A stretch of DNA of 64,000 nucleotides. Origin: an uncultured Nitrososphaerota archaeon (GTDB taxonomy: Archaea > Thermoproteota > Nitrososphaeria > Conexivisphaerales > DTJL01). Shown piece after piece: positions 36,518-47,298 of the stretch. Position 1 is the stretch's first letter; every line of letters begins with the position of its first letter. Under the pieces are notes generated by a model. It had not been told where the DNA came from. It made no database searches and saw only the letters and a program-made list of their open reading frames with translations. The DNA is taken from the NCBI GenBank assembly GCA_963842885.1, contig CAWJIE010000004.1:1-64000 (forward strand), given 5' to 3'. Position numbers and translations under genes: made by a program.

Positions 36518-39108
36518 TTGCTCCTCACCGGGATCGCCCTGAGGAACATCCGAAGCTACGGGGACGCGGAGACCTCCATCGAGCTCCGTCCGGGCCTCAC
36601 CCTTTTCGAGGGGGACATCGGCAGCGGGAAGTCCACCATCCTGACGGCGGTCGAGTTCGGGCTCTTCGGCCTGGGAGACTTGGAAGCGAAGCACCTGTTG
36701 AGGCACGGCGCCAAGAAGGGGAGCGTCAGGGTGACCTTCGAAGTCGGAGGAAGGAGATATGTCGTCAGCAGGACGCTGGCGAAGTCGGGGAGGGGGATAC
36801 AGCAGGAGGACTGCAGGCTTGAGGGCGAGGGAGTCAGCGGCTCCTATTCTCCCTCTGAGCTGAAGCCCAAGGTGCTCGAGATACTGGGCTTCAACGAGAA
36901 GCCCGACACGAAATCCACTTCACGCATCTTCCGATATGCCGTCTACACGCCCCAGGAGTCGATGAAGGAGGTCCTCTCGATGGGAGAAGGGCAGCGCCTG
37001 GACACGCTGAGGAGGGCATTCGGCATCGAGCGGTATAGCTGGGTCGTGACCAACGCCGAGGACGCGGTCACGCGAGAGTGGCTGAACAGGCGTCTGGACG
37101 CCCTGGCCGAAGGGGTGGCGGAGCTGCCAAGGAAGAGGGCGGAAATGGAATCCCAGAGGAAGGCCTCTCTGGACCTCCAGGAGGGCCTCGAAAGGCTCAC
37201 GAAAGAGGAGGCCGAGGCGTCGCTCGCCCACAGCCGCCTCGTGGACAAGATAGAGGGATTGGGGCCAAAGAAGCTGACCGTCGCCGGGCTCCGGCGCGAG
37301 ATACCTCTGATCGAGCGGGAGCTCAGGGAGACAGCCGTGCGCCTCGCTCGCATCGGCGACGACGAAAGGTCGACCGAGGCCGGCCTGAAAGAGGCGACAG
37401 AGGCGGGAGGCGCCCTCGAGGCTCTGCGCCCGGACCACGAAGAGTACATCTCCAAGAAGGGAAGGCTCCTCGAGCTGGAATCCTACAGCGAGGAGAAGGT
37501 GGAACTCAGCGGGAAGGCGCAGAAGATCAAGGGCCGCATCGAAATTGAGAGGAGGGTCCTCGAAAAGGAGGTGGCGGACCTTGAGAAGGAAGTCGCGGGA
37601 GCCAAGGAGGTATCCGATCGCATCGACGCCGTCGGCGCGCTGATCCTCTCCCTCCAGAGAAGGAGAGAGGAGCTCTCGGCTGAAGTGAACGCCCTCGAAC
37701 GGGCTGAGTCAGAGCTCAAGGAACTCGAGATGCGTGCGGCCCATCTTGAAGCCGACAAGAAGGCCAGAGAGAGGGACATCGTCAAGGCGGAGGAGGAGTG
37801 GGCGAAGATCGAGCTCATCGGGGTGGGGGCGCCCTGCCCCCTCTGCAGGCAGACGCTCACGGACGACCACTACCACGACGTCCACGACGAGTACTCCTCG
37901 AGGCTCAGCTCTCTGAGGGCCGAGCTGGAGCCCATATCGAGCGAGCTCGGGTCCATCCTCCTGGAGGTAGAAGCAGGAGAGAAGAGGCGTGCGTCGCTGC
38001 AGCAGCTGAGGGACGAAGCCAGCGAAGTGGGAGTGATGATTGGCACGGAGGAGAACGAACTCAAGGAGCTGAAGAAGGGGCTATCCTTGATGGAGGGAGC
38101 TGCCGGAAGGCTCGCGGCCAAGAGGGAGCTGCTCGCCAGCGAGGGATACGCATCCGGCCGAGAGGGCCGCGCTCCTGGAGGCTCGAGGCCCAGCTGGCGG
38201 CCCTCGGACCCAAGGTGGAGCTCTTCAACGAATTCAAGAAGAGGATCGCCGAGCTGGAGGAGAGGGGCGTCGAGGCGGAGTTCATCCATCTCAGGGAGGT
38301 GGCGAAGAGGAAGCCGGAGCTGGAGGGAAGGCTCGCCAAGTTGAGGGATGAGAAGGAGGAGGCCGTGAAGCGGAAGGCCGAGAAGGAGGAGGACCTCAGG
38401 ACGAAATCCGCCCAGATTCGCGAGGAAGAGCCCTTCCTCGCTCAGCTCGAAGAGGCGGAGGAGAATCGCAGGGCGGCCGAAGAAAGGATGAACGACGTGG
38501 GAAGAAGGCTCGCCGCGGCGCGCTCAAAGCTTGAGGAGGCCGAGAAGAGGATGGACTCTCTGAGGCAGGAGATCGATTCGATGGAGGAGAAGGAGAGGGA
38601 GAAGGCGACGCTGGAGCAGACGAAGAGATGGCTCAAGGAGCTCTTCGTGCCGTCGGTGTCTGCGATAGAGAAGGAGGTGCTGGCGGCCATCAACGAACAG
38701 TTCGACCTTCGCTTCCAGCAGTGGTTTTCGGAGCTCATGGAGGCAGGCGACATTTCGGTGCGGATCGACGAATCCTTTTCGCCCGTCGTCGAGCAGGACG
38801 GCTACGAAATAGACGCCGCTTCGCTGAGCGGCGGGGAGAGGACGTCGCTGGCCCTGGCCTATCGTCTCGCGCTGAACACGATGGTGAAGCAGCAGAGCTC
38901 CTCGGAGAGCGGGCTTCTGATCCTTGACGAGCCCACCGACGGCTTCAGCTCCGCCCAGCTGCTGCGGCTAAGGGACGTCCTGCAGGAGACGGGCTGCGAG
39001 CAAATCATAATGGTGTCGCATGAGAAGGAGCTGGAGAGCTTCGTGGACGACATATACGAAGTGTCCAAGCCGGGCGGGGAATCGGTGATAGGGAAGATCT
39101 CGAGGTAG
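36518..39108 (+). CDS. rad50: Rad50 SMC-like ATPase, one frameshift ~38160
   Basis: Walker A GDIGSGKS, Q-loop, coiled coil with CPLC zinc hook, LSGGE, LILDEPT, SH. Confidence 0.9.
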
Positions 39109-39119
39109 ATGGAGGCCAG

Positions 39120-39602
39120 ATGCTGGGACCCGACGACCTGAGAAGGTACCTCCAGGAGAGGAAGATCGACGGGAAGCTCATCCCCGTCGCCGAGGGACAC
39201 ACCTCAGGGAAGGCCGCCGATTCCCTGGACATCCACTTGGAGGAAGTGGCGAAGACCATCGTTTTCGTGGACCGGGGAGGAAGTCCCGTCATTGTCATCG
39301 TCGGAGGGGCCGTGCGGGTAAGACAGAACGAGTTCTCGAGGAAGGTGGGCGCGACGAAGCTCAGGCTCGCGACGCAAGACGAAGTGCTGAGGTTCACAGG
39401 TTTCCCGGCCGGGGGGGTGAGCCCCATCGCCAACCTCTGCAAGGAAAGGGTCTACATGGACGAGCTCCTCATGGGCATGGAGTACGTCTATGCGGGAGGC
39501 GGGTCCGATGAGTACATCCTGAAGATACGACCCGCCGACATCCTGAAGGAGTCCGGAGCCCATCTCATCGAAGTCCCGGTACAGCCGATCGTCGACGGCT
39601 AG
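39120..39602 (+). CDS. YbaK/EbsC aminoacyl-tRNA deacylase family
   Basis: VAKTIVF, TGFPAGGVSP, VYAGGGS. Confidence 0.85.
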   Translation: MLGPDDLRRYLQERKIDGKLIPVAEGHTSGKAADSLDIHLEEVAKTIVFVDRGGSPVIVIVGGAVRVRQNEFSRKVGATKLRLATQDEVLRFTGFPAGGVSPIANLCKERVYMDELLMGMEYVYAGGGSDEYILKIRPADILKESGAHLIEVPVQPIVDG

Positions 39603-39643
39603 GTCTTGACCCGCATCCTTTGGCGGGGCATCCGGCTGAGCTA

Positions 39644-40818
39644 TCACCTGCGCAGCATCCTGTGCTGGACCGCTACGAAGGCGGGGATCACCAGGGAGAC
39701 GACGCAGCAGAGCAGGTAAGGCGTCGACAGGCTGACCGCCGAAAGGTATCCCCCCACGATGGGGCCGACGACGACCCCGATGCCGTAGAAGGCCTCCAGC
39801 CCACCCACGGCGGCACCCAGCCCCTCCTGCTTCGCCTCGTTGGAGACGATCACGAGGGTGACAGGGAAGAATACGCCGAAGCCATAGCCAGATACCAGGA
39901 GCAGGGCCGCCATGGCGGGGAGGCTGGCGGATCGGAAGATTCCCACGAGGGAGCACCCGGCGAACATGAAGGCGACGGACAGATAGAGCGCCCCCCTGGG
40001 AAGGAGCCTGGTTGAGCTTGTCGACGCTGACGAAGGCCGCTATCCTCGCCAGGCCGAAGACGGAGAAGAGGAGGCCTATCGTGGTGTTGTCGAAGCTGAA
40101 TGCCCCGAGGTAGCCCGGGAAGAGGGCGACTATTATGCCGAAGATGACTCCGTATGCGAGGACGGCCGCGTAGGCGGGCGATAGGGAGCGGCTAGGCAGG
40201 ATCAGGCGTGGCTGGGAAGGTATGCCCCGAGGCCTGTAGGACCTGCCAAGGGTGAGCAACGTGAAGCCAATCGTGAAGAGGAGCACCAATGAGGCGATGG
40301 CGAAGAGCGAGAAGTACCCGCCCCAGGCCACGATGGGGCCCCCGATCCCCGGCCCCACGAGGAAGCCCAGGGCCCACGAGACGCTGTACCACCCCATGGC
40401 CGAGACCCGCCTGTCGCTCTCCACGGACTCGGCCACCATGGCCTCCGTGATCGGCCAGAGGAGGGAGTAGCCCAGGCTCGCCAGCAGCTGCGTCATGATG
40501 ACGTACGGAACGGTCTTCGCCGACCACCAGGAGCGCCGTGGAGGCCAGGTTGACGGCGATGCCGAAGGTGTAGAGCTGGCGACGAATCCCCCTGTCCGAA
40601 ATGTACCCGAGCACGAAGGGCAGGAAGGCGTAGAGCACCGACTTCGCGGAGCCGGCAAGCCCGACGTCCAGCATGGAGCCTCCGATGGACTGAATGTAGG
40701 TCGGGATGAAATAGGCGGTCAGGCCGAGGCCCAGGGACGACAGGAACACCGAGGCGTCCAAGAAGAAGAGTCCGTTCTTGCCCCGAAACACCCCAGCATC
40801 CTCACTCGTGTGCACCAT
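39644..40818 (-). CDS. MFS transporter, frameshifted
   Basis: GYISDRGIRR motif A; ~12 hydrophobic segments; GVVVGPIVGG. Confidence 0.8.
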
Positions 40819-40843
40819 GCAACGCTGAAGAGGATATTAAAGG

Positions 40844-41470
40844 CTACAACCCGAGGGCGCGTCTGATTACGGAGTGGCGCTCGTGCTTCCCCCAGGACTT
40901 GAAACGCTCCTCCTCCCAGATGTCCCCGCGCTCATGATAACCCCTGGCCTCCCAGTAGCCGTCCTGGTACTCCGCGAGGAGCCGGATCTCCGTGAGCCAT
41001 TTCGCCGACTTCCAGAAGTAGATGTGCGGCATGAAGGGTCTTGCTGGGAATCCCATCTCAAGGCTGATGGGCTGGCCGTTCAGGGTGAGCGCGACGAGGG
41101 CGTCTTCGACCATGCCATCCTCCAAAGGGATGGGGGTGTCGTAGCCGTCGAGCGACGTGAACATGATGTACTTCGCCTCCGGCTTCAAGCCAGCCTCCCT
41201 GAGCAGCGCTGGAAGGGAGGGGCCCCTCCAGACCGTGTCAGCCACGCTCCATCCGGTGACGCAGTGGGTCGACTTGGCCACGGTGACCTGGGGAAGCGCC
41301 TTGAGCTGGTCGTAGGTGAACTCCAGGGGCCGTTCTACGAGACCAGTAATCCGAAGCTTGTACGACGAGACGTCGACTTCGGGGATGCCCATCGCCCCAT
41401 AGAAGATGAACTGCTTGATGTACTTCTGGTTGGGCGGGGTCTTGGAGGGCGTTCCGCCAGGTCCTGACAT
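40844..41470 (-). CDS. Sulfite-oxidase-family molybdopterin oxidoreductase
   Basis: HCVTGWS, GFPAR, YFWKSAKWL, GYWEARGYH; TATA-like box ~25-30 nt before ATG 41470. Confidence 0.88.
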   Translation of the reverse strand: MSGPGGTPSKTPPNQKYIKQFIFYGAMGIPEVDVSSYKLRITGLVERPLEFTYDQLKALPQVTVAKSTHCVTGWSVADTVWRGPSLPALLREAGLKPEAKYIMFTSLDGYDTPIPLEDGMVEDALVALTLNGQPISLEMGFPARPFMPHIYFWKSAKWLTEIRLLAEYQDGYWEARGYHERGDIWEEERFKSWGKHERHSVIRRALGL

Positions 41471-41645
41471 CTGGTGCCGGGACGGGTTCCGCACATATAA
41501 CGATATGGCAACTTTGTCCGCGGCGAGTGAAATACAGACGCTGGGGAATATGAAGGGCGCGTGAAGCTCCTGGTCCACGGGCGCCACCCTAAATCATTAA
41601 GTAGTGCATGAGGGGACAGCTAATCAACCAGGCGGGCGCTACCAG

Positions 41646-42122
41646 TTGTCCGACACTACACCACAGCCGAGCAAGAGGCATATCGAATGGTTGGAGTTCG
41701 GAAGGCTGTGCGAGAAGCTCGCCGGCTCCGTCAAGGGAAGCGACAGCAAGGTGGACCTCGTCGTGGGCATCGCCCGCGGGGGGATCCCTCCCGCCATGGT
41801 GGTGGCCGACAGGCTTCGGGTGCCCATTGACTTCATAAACGTGAAGTCCTACACCGGCGTCCAGCAGCGAGGCCGGGTCAAGATCATCTCCACCCTCTTC
41901 GAAGACGCCACCAAGAAGCATGTCCTCGTCGTCGACGACCTGGTGGACCAGGGGGAGACCATGGACACCATCCTGGCGTTCCTGGAGGAGAAGTACCACC
42001 CAAGCAAGGTGATGACGGCGGCCCTGTTCATCAAGCCATGGAGCAGGTTCCGACCTGACTTCTTCGTCGACACCACCGACGCGTGGATCGTCTTCCCATG
42101 GGAGCATGGGGAGTTCGGTTGA
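41646..42122 (+). CDS. Type I phosphoribosyltransferase (purine salvage-like)
   Basis: GIARGG, VLVVDDLVDQGET PRPP loop, WIVFPWE. Confidence 0.88.
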   Translation: MSDTTPQPSKRHIEWLEFGRLCEKLAGSVKGSDSKVDLVVGIARGGIPPAMVVADRLRVPIDFINVKSYTGVQQRGRVKIISTLFEDATKKHVLVVDDLVDQGETMDTILAFLEEKYHPSKVMTAALFIKPWSRFRPDFFVDTTDAWIVFPWEHGEFG

Positions 42123-42225
42123 AGCATGGTAGCGCATGTTGACCTTTTGATGCATCACATTTCGGCGACTTGCAGTTAAACGATAAAAGGGGGTTCTCTA
42201 AACGTGCCGATGACGGCGCTGGGAG

Positions 42226-42570
42226 TTGAGCAAGTTGCCAGACAAACAGGATGAGTCGACCTTCGCGATGGACGTGAGGACTGACATGCACCGCTACAGG
42301 GACGCTCTAGTGGGCATACTACGGGACGTATACATGGCCAGGCCGGAGATGGCCCCGAGGGTCCATAGTCTAATCTACAGGTGCGACGGGGTCATAGCGC
42401 TGACCAACAGGCTCGAATCCAACAGCATCGGAATCGGCGAAGCCAAGGAGCTCATAGGGAAGAAGGTGAGCGAACTGATGCAGCTCACCGAGGACTTCCT
42501 AGAGGACCTCTCGGAGACCATGGAGGACGGCAACAAGAGGGAGTCCTACTTCGAAGGGGCGGCTTCATAG
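42226..42570 (+). CDS. Hypothetical helical protein
   Basis: 114-aa ORF with coding-like composition, filling the gap between genes. Confidence 0.55.
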   Translation: MSKLPDKQDESTFAMDVRTDMHRYRDALVGILRDVYMARPEMAPRVHSLIYRCDGVIALTNRLESNSIGIGEAKELIGKKVSELMQLTEDFLEDLSETMEDGNKRESYFEGAAS

Positions 42571-42575
42571 CGGCA

Positions 42576-42863
42576 TCAGTACACGTTCTTCACGAAATCC
42601 AGCCAGCCGTCGAGAGACTCGACGCTGACCTCAGATTCCTCGTCATCCTCTATCACAGTCAGCTTGACCATCTTCACGATGTCCCCCTTCTTCTCGCACA
42701 AGACGCGCATGTACGTCGGGGGGCCCAGCTTCCCCCTGGCCGATGGGGAGGCGGGAGAGAAGGTGATGAGGATCTCCTTTTCGTCTTCTCGCACGGCATA
42801 TTCGTTCCTGTTGTCGTCTAGGAACTTCTTCAGAACCGCGTATTCCAGGGAGCGGGTGCTCAT
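42576..42863 (-). CDS. Hypothetical protein, likely last gene of the korAB operon
   Basis: ATG at 42863, 11 nt after the korB stop: MSTRSLEYAVLKKFLDD...WLDFVKNVY. Confidence 0.65.
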   Translation of the reverse strand: MSTRSLEYAVLKKFLDDNRNEYAVREDEKEILITFSPASPSARGKLGPPTYMRVLCEKKGDIVKMVKLTVIEDDEESEVSVESLDGWLDFVKNVY

Positions 42864-42874
42864 GCGGTTCCCTA

Positions 42875-43735
42875 TCAGAAGTAGGGGCGCATAACCTCTT
42901 CGGCCTCCTCCGGGGTGAGGCCCTGCACATGATCCGCCGGCCATCTCCCGCCGTTGACCTCGGCCATCATCTCCTGGAAGGTCGCCTTCTCCTCCGTCCT
43001 GTAGAAGATGCCAATGGGTATCCCTGCATCGTCGTTGATGGCCTTGAAGGCTTCTCCTGCATTGTCCGGCTTGTATCCCCTGTCCTCCAGCCTGTAGACG
43101 CGCTTCCGCACGTCGTCGAAGATGTTGTGCCACGTGACGCAGGGGCTTATGGCGTCCACAAGGGCGAATCCCCTGTGCCTGATGGCCTCCTGGATCAGAC
43201 GGGAGAGGTGCTTCGGGTCTCCACTGAAGCCCCTGGAGACGAAAGTGGCGCCGGCCCCCAGTAGCGTCGGCAGCGGCTTCAGAGGGTATATGATGCTGCC
43301 GTCGGGGGTTGTCTTGGTCTTCTGGCCCAGCTTGGACGTGGGCGATAGCTGGCCGGTGGTGAGCCCGTAGATCTCGTTGTTCATGACGATGAGCTTGATG
43401 TCGTCGTTGCGCCTGGCGGCGTGCACGACGTGGTTGAAGCCTATGCCGTACTCGTCTCCGTCGCCGGCGGTGGCGATCACCGTGAGCTTGGGGTTGGCGT
43501 CCTTAACGCCCAGGGCCACGGGAACGGGGCGGCCGTGGAGGCCGTGGAACCCGTAGGTCCTTATGTAGCCGGGAAGGTTGGACGAACAGCCGATGCCCGA
43601 AACGATGACAACGTTGTGGGGCTCGATCTTCTGCGCCACGAGGGCGTCCTTGAGCGCAGCCAGGACGCCGAAGTCGCCGCAGCCGGGGCACCAGTCGGCC
43701 TTGACGTCGCTCTCGTAAGCCTTGGGGTTATACAA
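42875..43735 (-). CDS. korB: 2-oxoacid:ferredoxin oxidoreductase beta subunit
   Basis: WCPGCGDF, SGIGCSS, HGR, GDGD...NNEIYGLTTGQ TPP motif; TTG start overlaps the alpha stop. Confidence 0.92.
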   Translation of the reverse strand: MYNPKAYESDVKADWCPGCGDFGVLAALKDALVAQKIEPHNVVIVSGIGCSSNLPGYIRTYGFHGLHGRPVPVALGVKDANPKLTVIATAGDGDEYGIGFNHVVHAARRNDDIKLIVMNNEIYGLTTGQLSPTSKLGQKTKTTPDGSIIYPLKPLPTLLGAGATFVSRGFSGDPKHLSRLIQEAIRHRGFALVDAISPCVTWHNIFDDVRKRVYRLEDRGYKPDNAGEAFKAINDDAGIPIGIFYRTEEKATFQEMMAEVNGGRWPADHVQGLTPEEAEEVMRPYF

Positions 43736-45539
43736 GGGGCCGCACCTCCTTCGCGACGGCGTGATGGACTGCGTCGACAATCTCCGCAGGGTAGATGGGT
43801 TCGCCGTTGTACTTCAGGAAGTTTCGTGTCATCACGACCCCTGTCTCTTTCTTCAAGAGACCAGCGAACTGGGCGGTATAGTTGCCTTCAATATTGAGGA
43901 GCTCGTTGCAGGATTTCAGCGCCTTCGTGACCTCCGCGACGTTGAGCGGGTAGAGCTGAGTGAACTCGAGCGAGTTCACGCGGAGGCCCTCCCCCGAGAG
44001 GCGCCTAAGGGCCTCTCTGACGGGGTTGGCCGTGCTGCCCCAGCTCACGATGGTCAAGTCCGCGCTATCGGGACCGAAGAGCTCGGGCGGCGTCATCTCC
44101 TTCGAGATCTGGTCTAGCTTCTTCATCCTCTTCTCCTGCATCTCCTCCCTCAGCTTGACAGCGTCCTTCAGCCCCGAGAGCATGTCGCTCAGGTCATGGC
44201 CGAACTCATCATGCTCGTCCGTCTTGGCTACGAACATCATGTCGCGGGTCCCAGGGAAAGCCCTGCGCGAGATGTTGTCAGGCGTGAGTTCGAACCTCCT
44301 GAACCAGACACCGTTCGTGAGAGTCGGGTCTGATGCGGTCACGACCTTCCCCCTGTCCATGAACTGGTTGAAGTCCAGTGGATCTATTGATTGGTATCCT
44401 CCGTCGGCGATGGCGAAGTCCAGCAGTATCAAGACAGGGACTTGGAACCTATCGGCCGTGTTGAACGCCTTACCGGCAGTGTAGAAGGCCTCCTGAGGCG
44501 TCCTCGGGGCGAGGATTACCCTGGGGAAGTCGTCATGAGATATACCCAACATCATATTGAGGTCCCCCTGAGATGTCTTCGTGGGAAGCCCCGTGCTCGG
44601 CCCTGCGCGCATCACGTCCACGATCACCAGAGGAGTCTCGGTCATCGCAGCCTCCCCTATGGCCTCCTGCATGAGCGAGAACCCTCCGCCGCTGGTGGCG
44701 CACATCGCCCTCGCTCCCGCGTAGGAAGCACCGATGGTAGAATTAACAACGGAGATCTCGTCTTCGCCAAGGAAGACGGTTATCCCCAACTTCTTCGCGT
44801 TGGCCGCCATCCAGTGGACGATGGGGCTGGCGGGGGACATGGGGTAGGCCGCGTAATACCTGCACCCTGCCGCCGCCGCGCCCAAGGCGACGGTGAAGTT
44901 GGCATGCATGACTGGCCGCCTCATGTGGTAGTCGTATTCTAGCTTCTTGACGACGCCGTATTTGGCAGCCGCAAGGTCGAAGCCCTCTTTCGCCGCAAGG
45001 ACGTTGCCCTCGGCGACCTCGGTGTTCTTCTTCCCGAATTGGTCAGTGATGGCTTCAGAGAGGACGGTGAAGTCTATGCCCGCGGCAGCGGCCAGCGCTC
45101 CTGCAGCAACGGTGTTTCGCATGATAGGCCTCTTGTCGTACTTCAGGGCGATCTCGCCGAACGGGACCTCCAACGACTTCACCCGTGGCAACAGGTCATG
45201 GGCCTTGACGGCGACGGGGTCGAAGATGACGGCGCCTCCGGTGTTCAGCGTTCCGTGGTGCTCGTCGTAGCAGAGCTGCGTGAGAGGGATGAGGAAGTCG
45301 TCGCCGAACCCCAGCGACGTGACACGCCAGGTCGCGGCGTGAATGTGGAACCAGACCAGCCCTCCCCGGATGACCGACTGGTTGCCGTTGTATGTGGAGA
45401 CGAAAAGGCCGCTCCTGGAGAGGACTTTCATGATCATCTCGCCGCCGCTCTGAATACCGTCGCCCGCGGCGGCTCCCAGTCTGATCGTAAGGTCTGGTCC
45501 CTCTTTCAGATTCTCGTTCATTTCAGAGCTTCGATTCAT
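43728..45539 (-). CDS. korA: 2-oxoacid:ferredoxin oxidoreductase alpha subunit (gamma-alpha fusion)
   Basis: GAAAGDGIQSGG, YPMSPAS, EDE, TSGGGFSLM, RAGPSTGLPT. Confidence 0.92.
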   Translation of the reverse strand: MNRSSEMNENLKEGPDLTIRLGAAAGDGIQSGGEMIMKVLSRSGLFVSTYNGNQSVIRGGLVWFHIHAATWRVTSLGFGDDFLIPLTQLCYDEHHGTLNTGGAVIFDPVAVKAHDLLPRVKSLEVPFGEIALKYDKRPIMRNTVAAGALAAAAGIDFTVLSEAITDQFGKKNTEVAEGNVLAAKEGFDLAAAKYGVVKKLEYDYHMRRPVMHANFTVALGAAAAGCRYYAAYPMSPASPIVHWMAANAKKLGITVFLGEDEISVVNSTIGASYAGARAMCATSGGGFSLMQEAIGEAAMTETPLVIVDVMRAGPSTGLPTKTSQGDLNMMLGISHDDFPRVILAPRTPQEAFYTAGKAFNTADRFQVPVLILLDFAIADGGYQSIDPLDFNQFMDRGKVVTASDPTLTNGVWFRRFELTPDNISRRAFPGTRDMMFVAKTDEHDEFGHDLSDMLSGLKDAVKLREEMQEKRMKKLDQISKEMTPPELFGPDSADLTIVSWGSTANPVREALRRLSGEGLRVNSLEFTQLYPLNVAEVTKALKSCNELLNIEGNYTAQFAGLLKKETGVVMTRNFLKYNGEPIYPAEIVDAVHHAVAKEVRPLV

Positions 45540-45631
45540 CTCACGATTTTATATGCCTTCCCCTTAATCGGAGCAAGTTCGACGACAAAGGATAAAGAAG
45601 CCGGGACGGCTGACTCCTTGAAAGGATCCCG

Positions 45632-46036
45632 ATGAGGGCCAAGTACTTCACGCCGGAAGAAGCAGACGTGATGATCCCCGAGGTGGAGAAGAGGTTAAGG
45701 GGGGTGACCATCGCCACCGAGGCCGTCGCCCATCTGACTGAAGACCTGGAGCAGTCGGTCGGGGAGGACTCGAGCATCCTCGAGTTTATGGAGGTCAAAA
45801 AAAGGCTCAACAAGGCGCTGACGGATATGCACGGGTCCGTCGAATACCTTGAGGATTTGGGTTGCACCATTAAAGACCCGGAGCACGGCCTTGTGGATTT
45901 CCCCGCAAGGCGTTTAGGTGAAGAGGTCTGGCTCTGCTGGCAGGTGGGAGAGACGAAGATCTCTTATTGGCACGGGAAGAGGGAGGGCTTCACGATGAGG
46001 AAGCCCCTGGAAGCTGATGTGTCGGGCCTGGCCTGA
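45632..46036 (+). CDS. DUF2203-like protein
   Basis: FTPEEA...IKDPEHGLVDFP...VWLCWQVGE..I.YWH...GF..RKPL. Confidence 0.8.
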   Translation: MRAKYFTPEEADVMIPEVEKRLRGVTIATEAVAHLTEDLEQSVGEDSSILEFMEVKKRLNKALTDMHGSVEYLEDLGCTIKDPEHGLVDFPARRLGEEVWLCWQVGETKISYWHGKREGFTMRKPLEADVSGLA

Positions 46037-46068
46037 ACCAGCAACGCTAATGAAGGAAGACCCGTTCT

Positions 46069-47187
46069 GTGAGCTCCATGGACTGGTCTACCACATGCCT
46101 AAGCTGCGGCCGCACCTCAGAAGACCCTCTTTCCTGGAGATGTGTATGCGGCGGAGCGCTGGAGACCAGGGTTGAGAGCGACTATCTGCGTCCGGCACGG
46201 TCTGGGACGACGTTCCAGAGATTCGGGCAGCAGTATCCGTATTTCGAAGGCGCCGACATCGTGAGCTTAGGCGAGTCGGAGACCCCGCTGGTGAAGACCG
46301 AGGTAGCTTCGTTCAAGCTGGAATACCTCCTCCCCACCGGCTCCTTCAAGGACAGGGGGTCTTGCGCGCTCATCACCGGCATCCACAAGGAGCTTTCCAA
46401 GAGAGGCATCGGGCGGGTCAAGGAGGACTCCTCCGGCAACGCCGGGGCCAGCGTCGCCGCCTACAGCGCGAGGGCCGGAATTAAGTGCGAAGTGTACGTC
46501 CCTGTGGCAGTGTCGGGGCCGAAGGCCCTCCAGATTCAGATGTACGGCGCGGAGCTGGTGAGGGTCCCCGGCTCTAGGAGTGACGTGGCGAGGGCCGCCC
46601 AAGCGGAGACGAAGCGGGGGGTATACGTCGGCCACATATGGCATCCCTACTTCAGAGATGGCATGAGGACGCTGGCCTACGAGCTCTTCGAACAGATGGA
46701 CGGGCGCCTCCCGGAATTCGTCTTCCTCCCCGTTTCAGCGGGAACCCTCCTCCTGGGCTTCATCTCAGGGCTCCAGCACCTGAAATCAAGTGGGGTGGTG
46801 CGGGAGCTGCCCCGGCTGGTGGCCTGCCAGACCCTCGCGGTCTCGCCCCTTTATTCAAGGCTGAAAGGGAAAACATACCTCCCGCCTCGATTTGTCGAGA
46901 CAATCGCCGATGCTCTGGTGTCCACTTCACCTCCGCTCCTCGACCACATGACCACCAAGCTGAAGGAGGTCGGGGGCGACAGCGAAGTCGTCACCGAGGC
47001 GGAGGTATTGGCGGCTTGGAAGGAGCTGGCGAGGAAGGGGTTCTACACGGAGCCCTCGTCGGCTGTCGCCTTCGCCTGCCTCATGAAGCGGAGGGGTGAA
47101 GGCGCCGCAGGGCCTGACTCCGTCGTCGTGCTGACCGGCTCGGGGCTCAAGAGCAGGGATGATGCCCTTCGGCTGGCCCTTCGGTGA
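46069..47187 (+). CDS. Second threonine synthase-like PLP enzyme
   Basis: CxxC...CxCG, FKLEYLLPTGSFKDRG, DSSGNAG, EPSSA, LTGSGLK. Confidence 0.88.
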   Translation: MSSMDWSTTCLSCGRTSEDPLSWRCVCGGALETRVESDYLRPARSGTTFQRFGQQYPYFEGADIVSLGESETPLVKTEVASFKLEYLLPTGSFKDRGSCALITGIHKELSKRGIGRVKEDSSGNAGASVAAYSARAGIKCEVYVPVAVSGPKALQIQMYGAELVRVPGSRSDVARAAQAETKRGVYVGHIWHPYFRDGMRTLAYELFEQMDGRLPEFVFLPVSAGTLLLGFISGLQHLKSSGVVRELPRLVACQTLAVSPLYSRLKGKTYLPPRFVETIADALVSTSPPLLDHMTTKLKEVGGDSEVVTEAEVLAAWKELARKGFYTEPSSAVAFACLMKRRGEGAAGPDSVVVLTGSGLKSRDDALRLALR

Positions 47188-47298
47188 ACCCCTGCGAACC
47201 TCCATGCACCTTAAATACGAAACTCCGACGAAGTGGTGGTGAGACCTTCAAGGGCTAGGGCCGCATCTTCGGCCGCCGGCCCCGTGGTCAGTTAGAGA

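Noticed and set aside
47228-47298. Bulge-helix-bulge or leader peptide upstream of rtcB
   Set aside because: Only weak GC pairing; no canonical 3-4-3 BHB could be drawn by eye.
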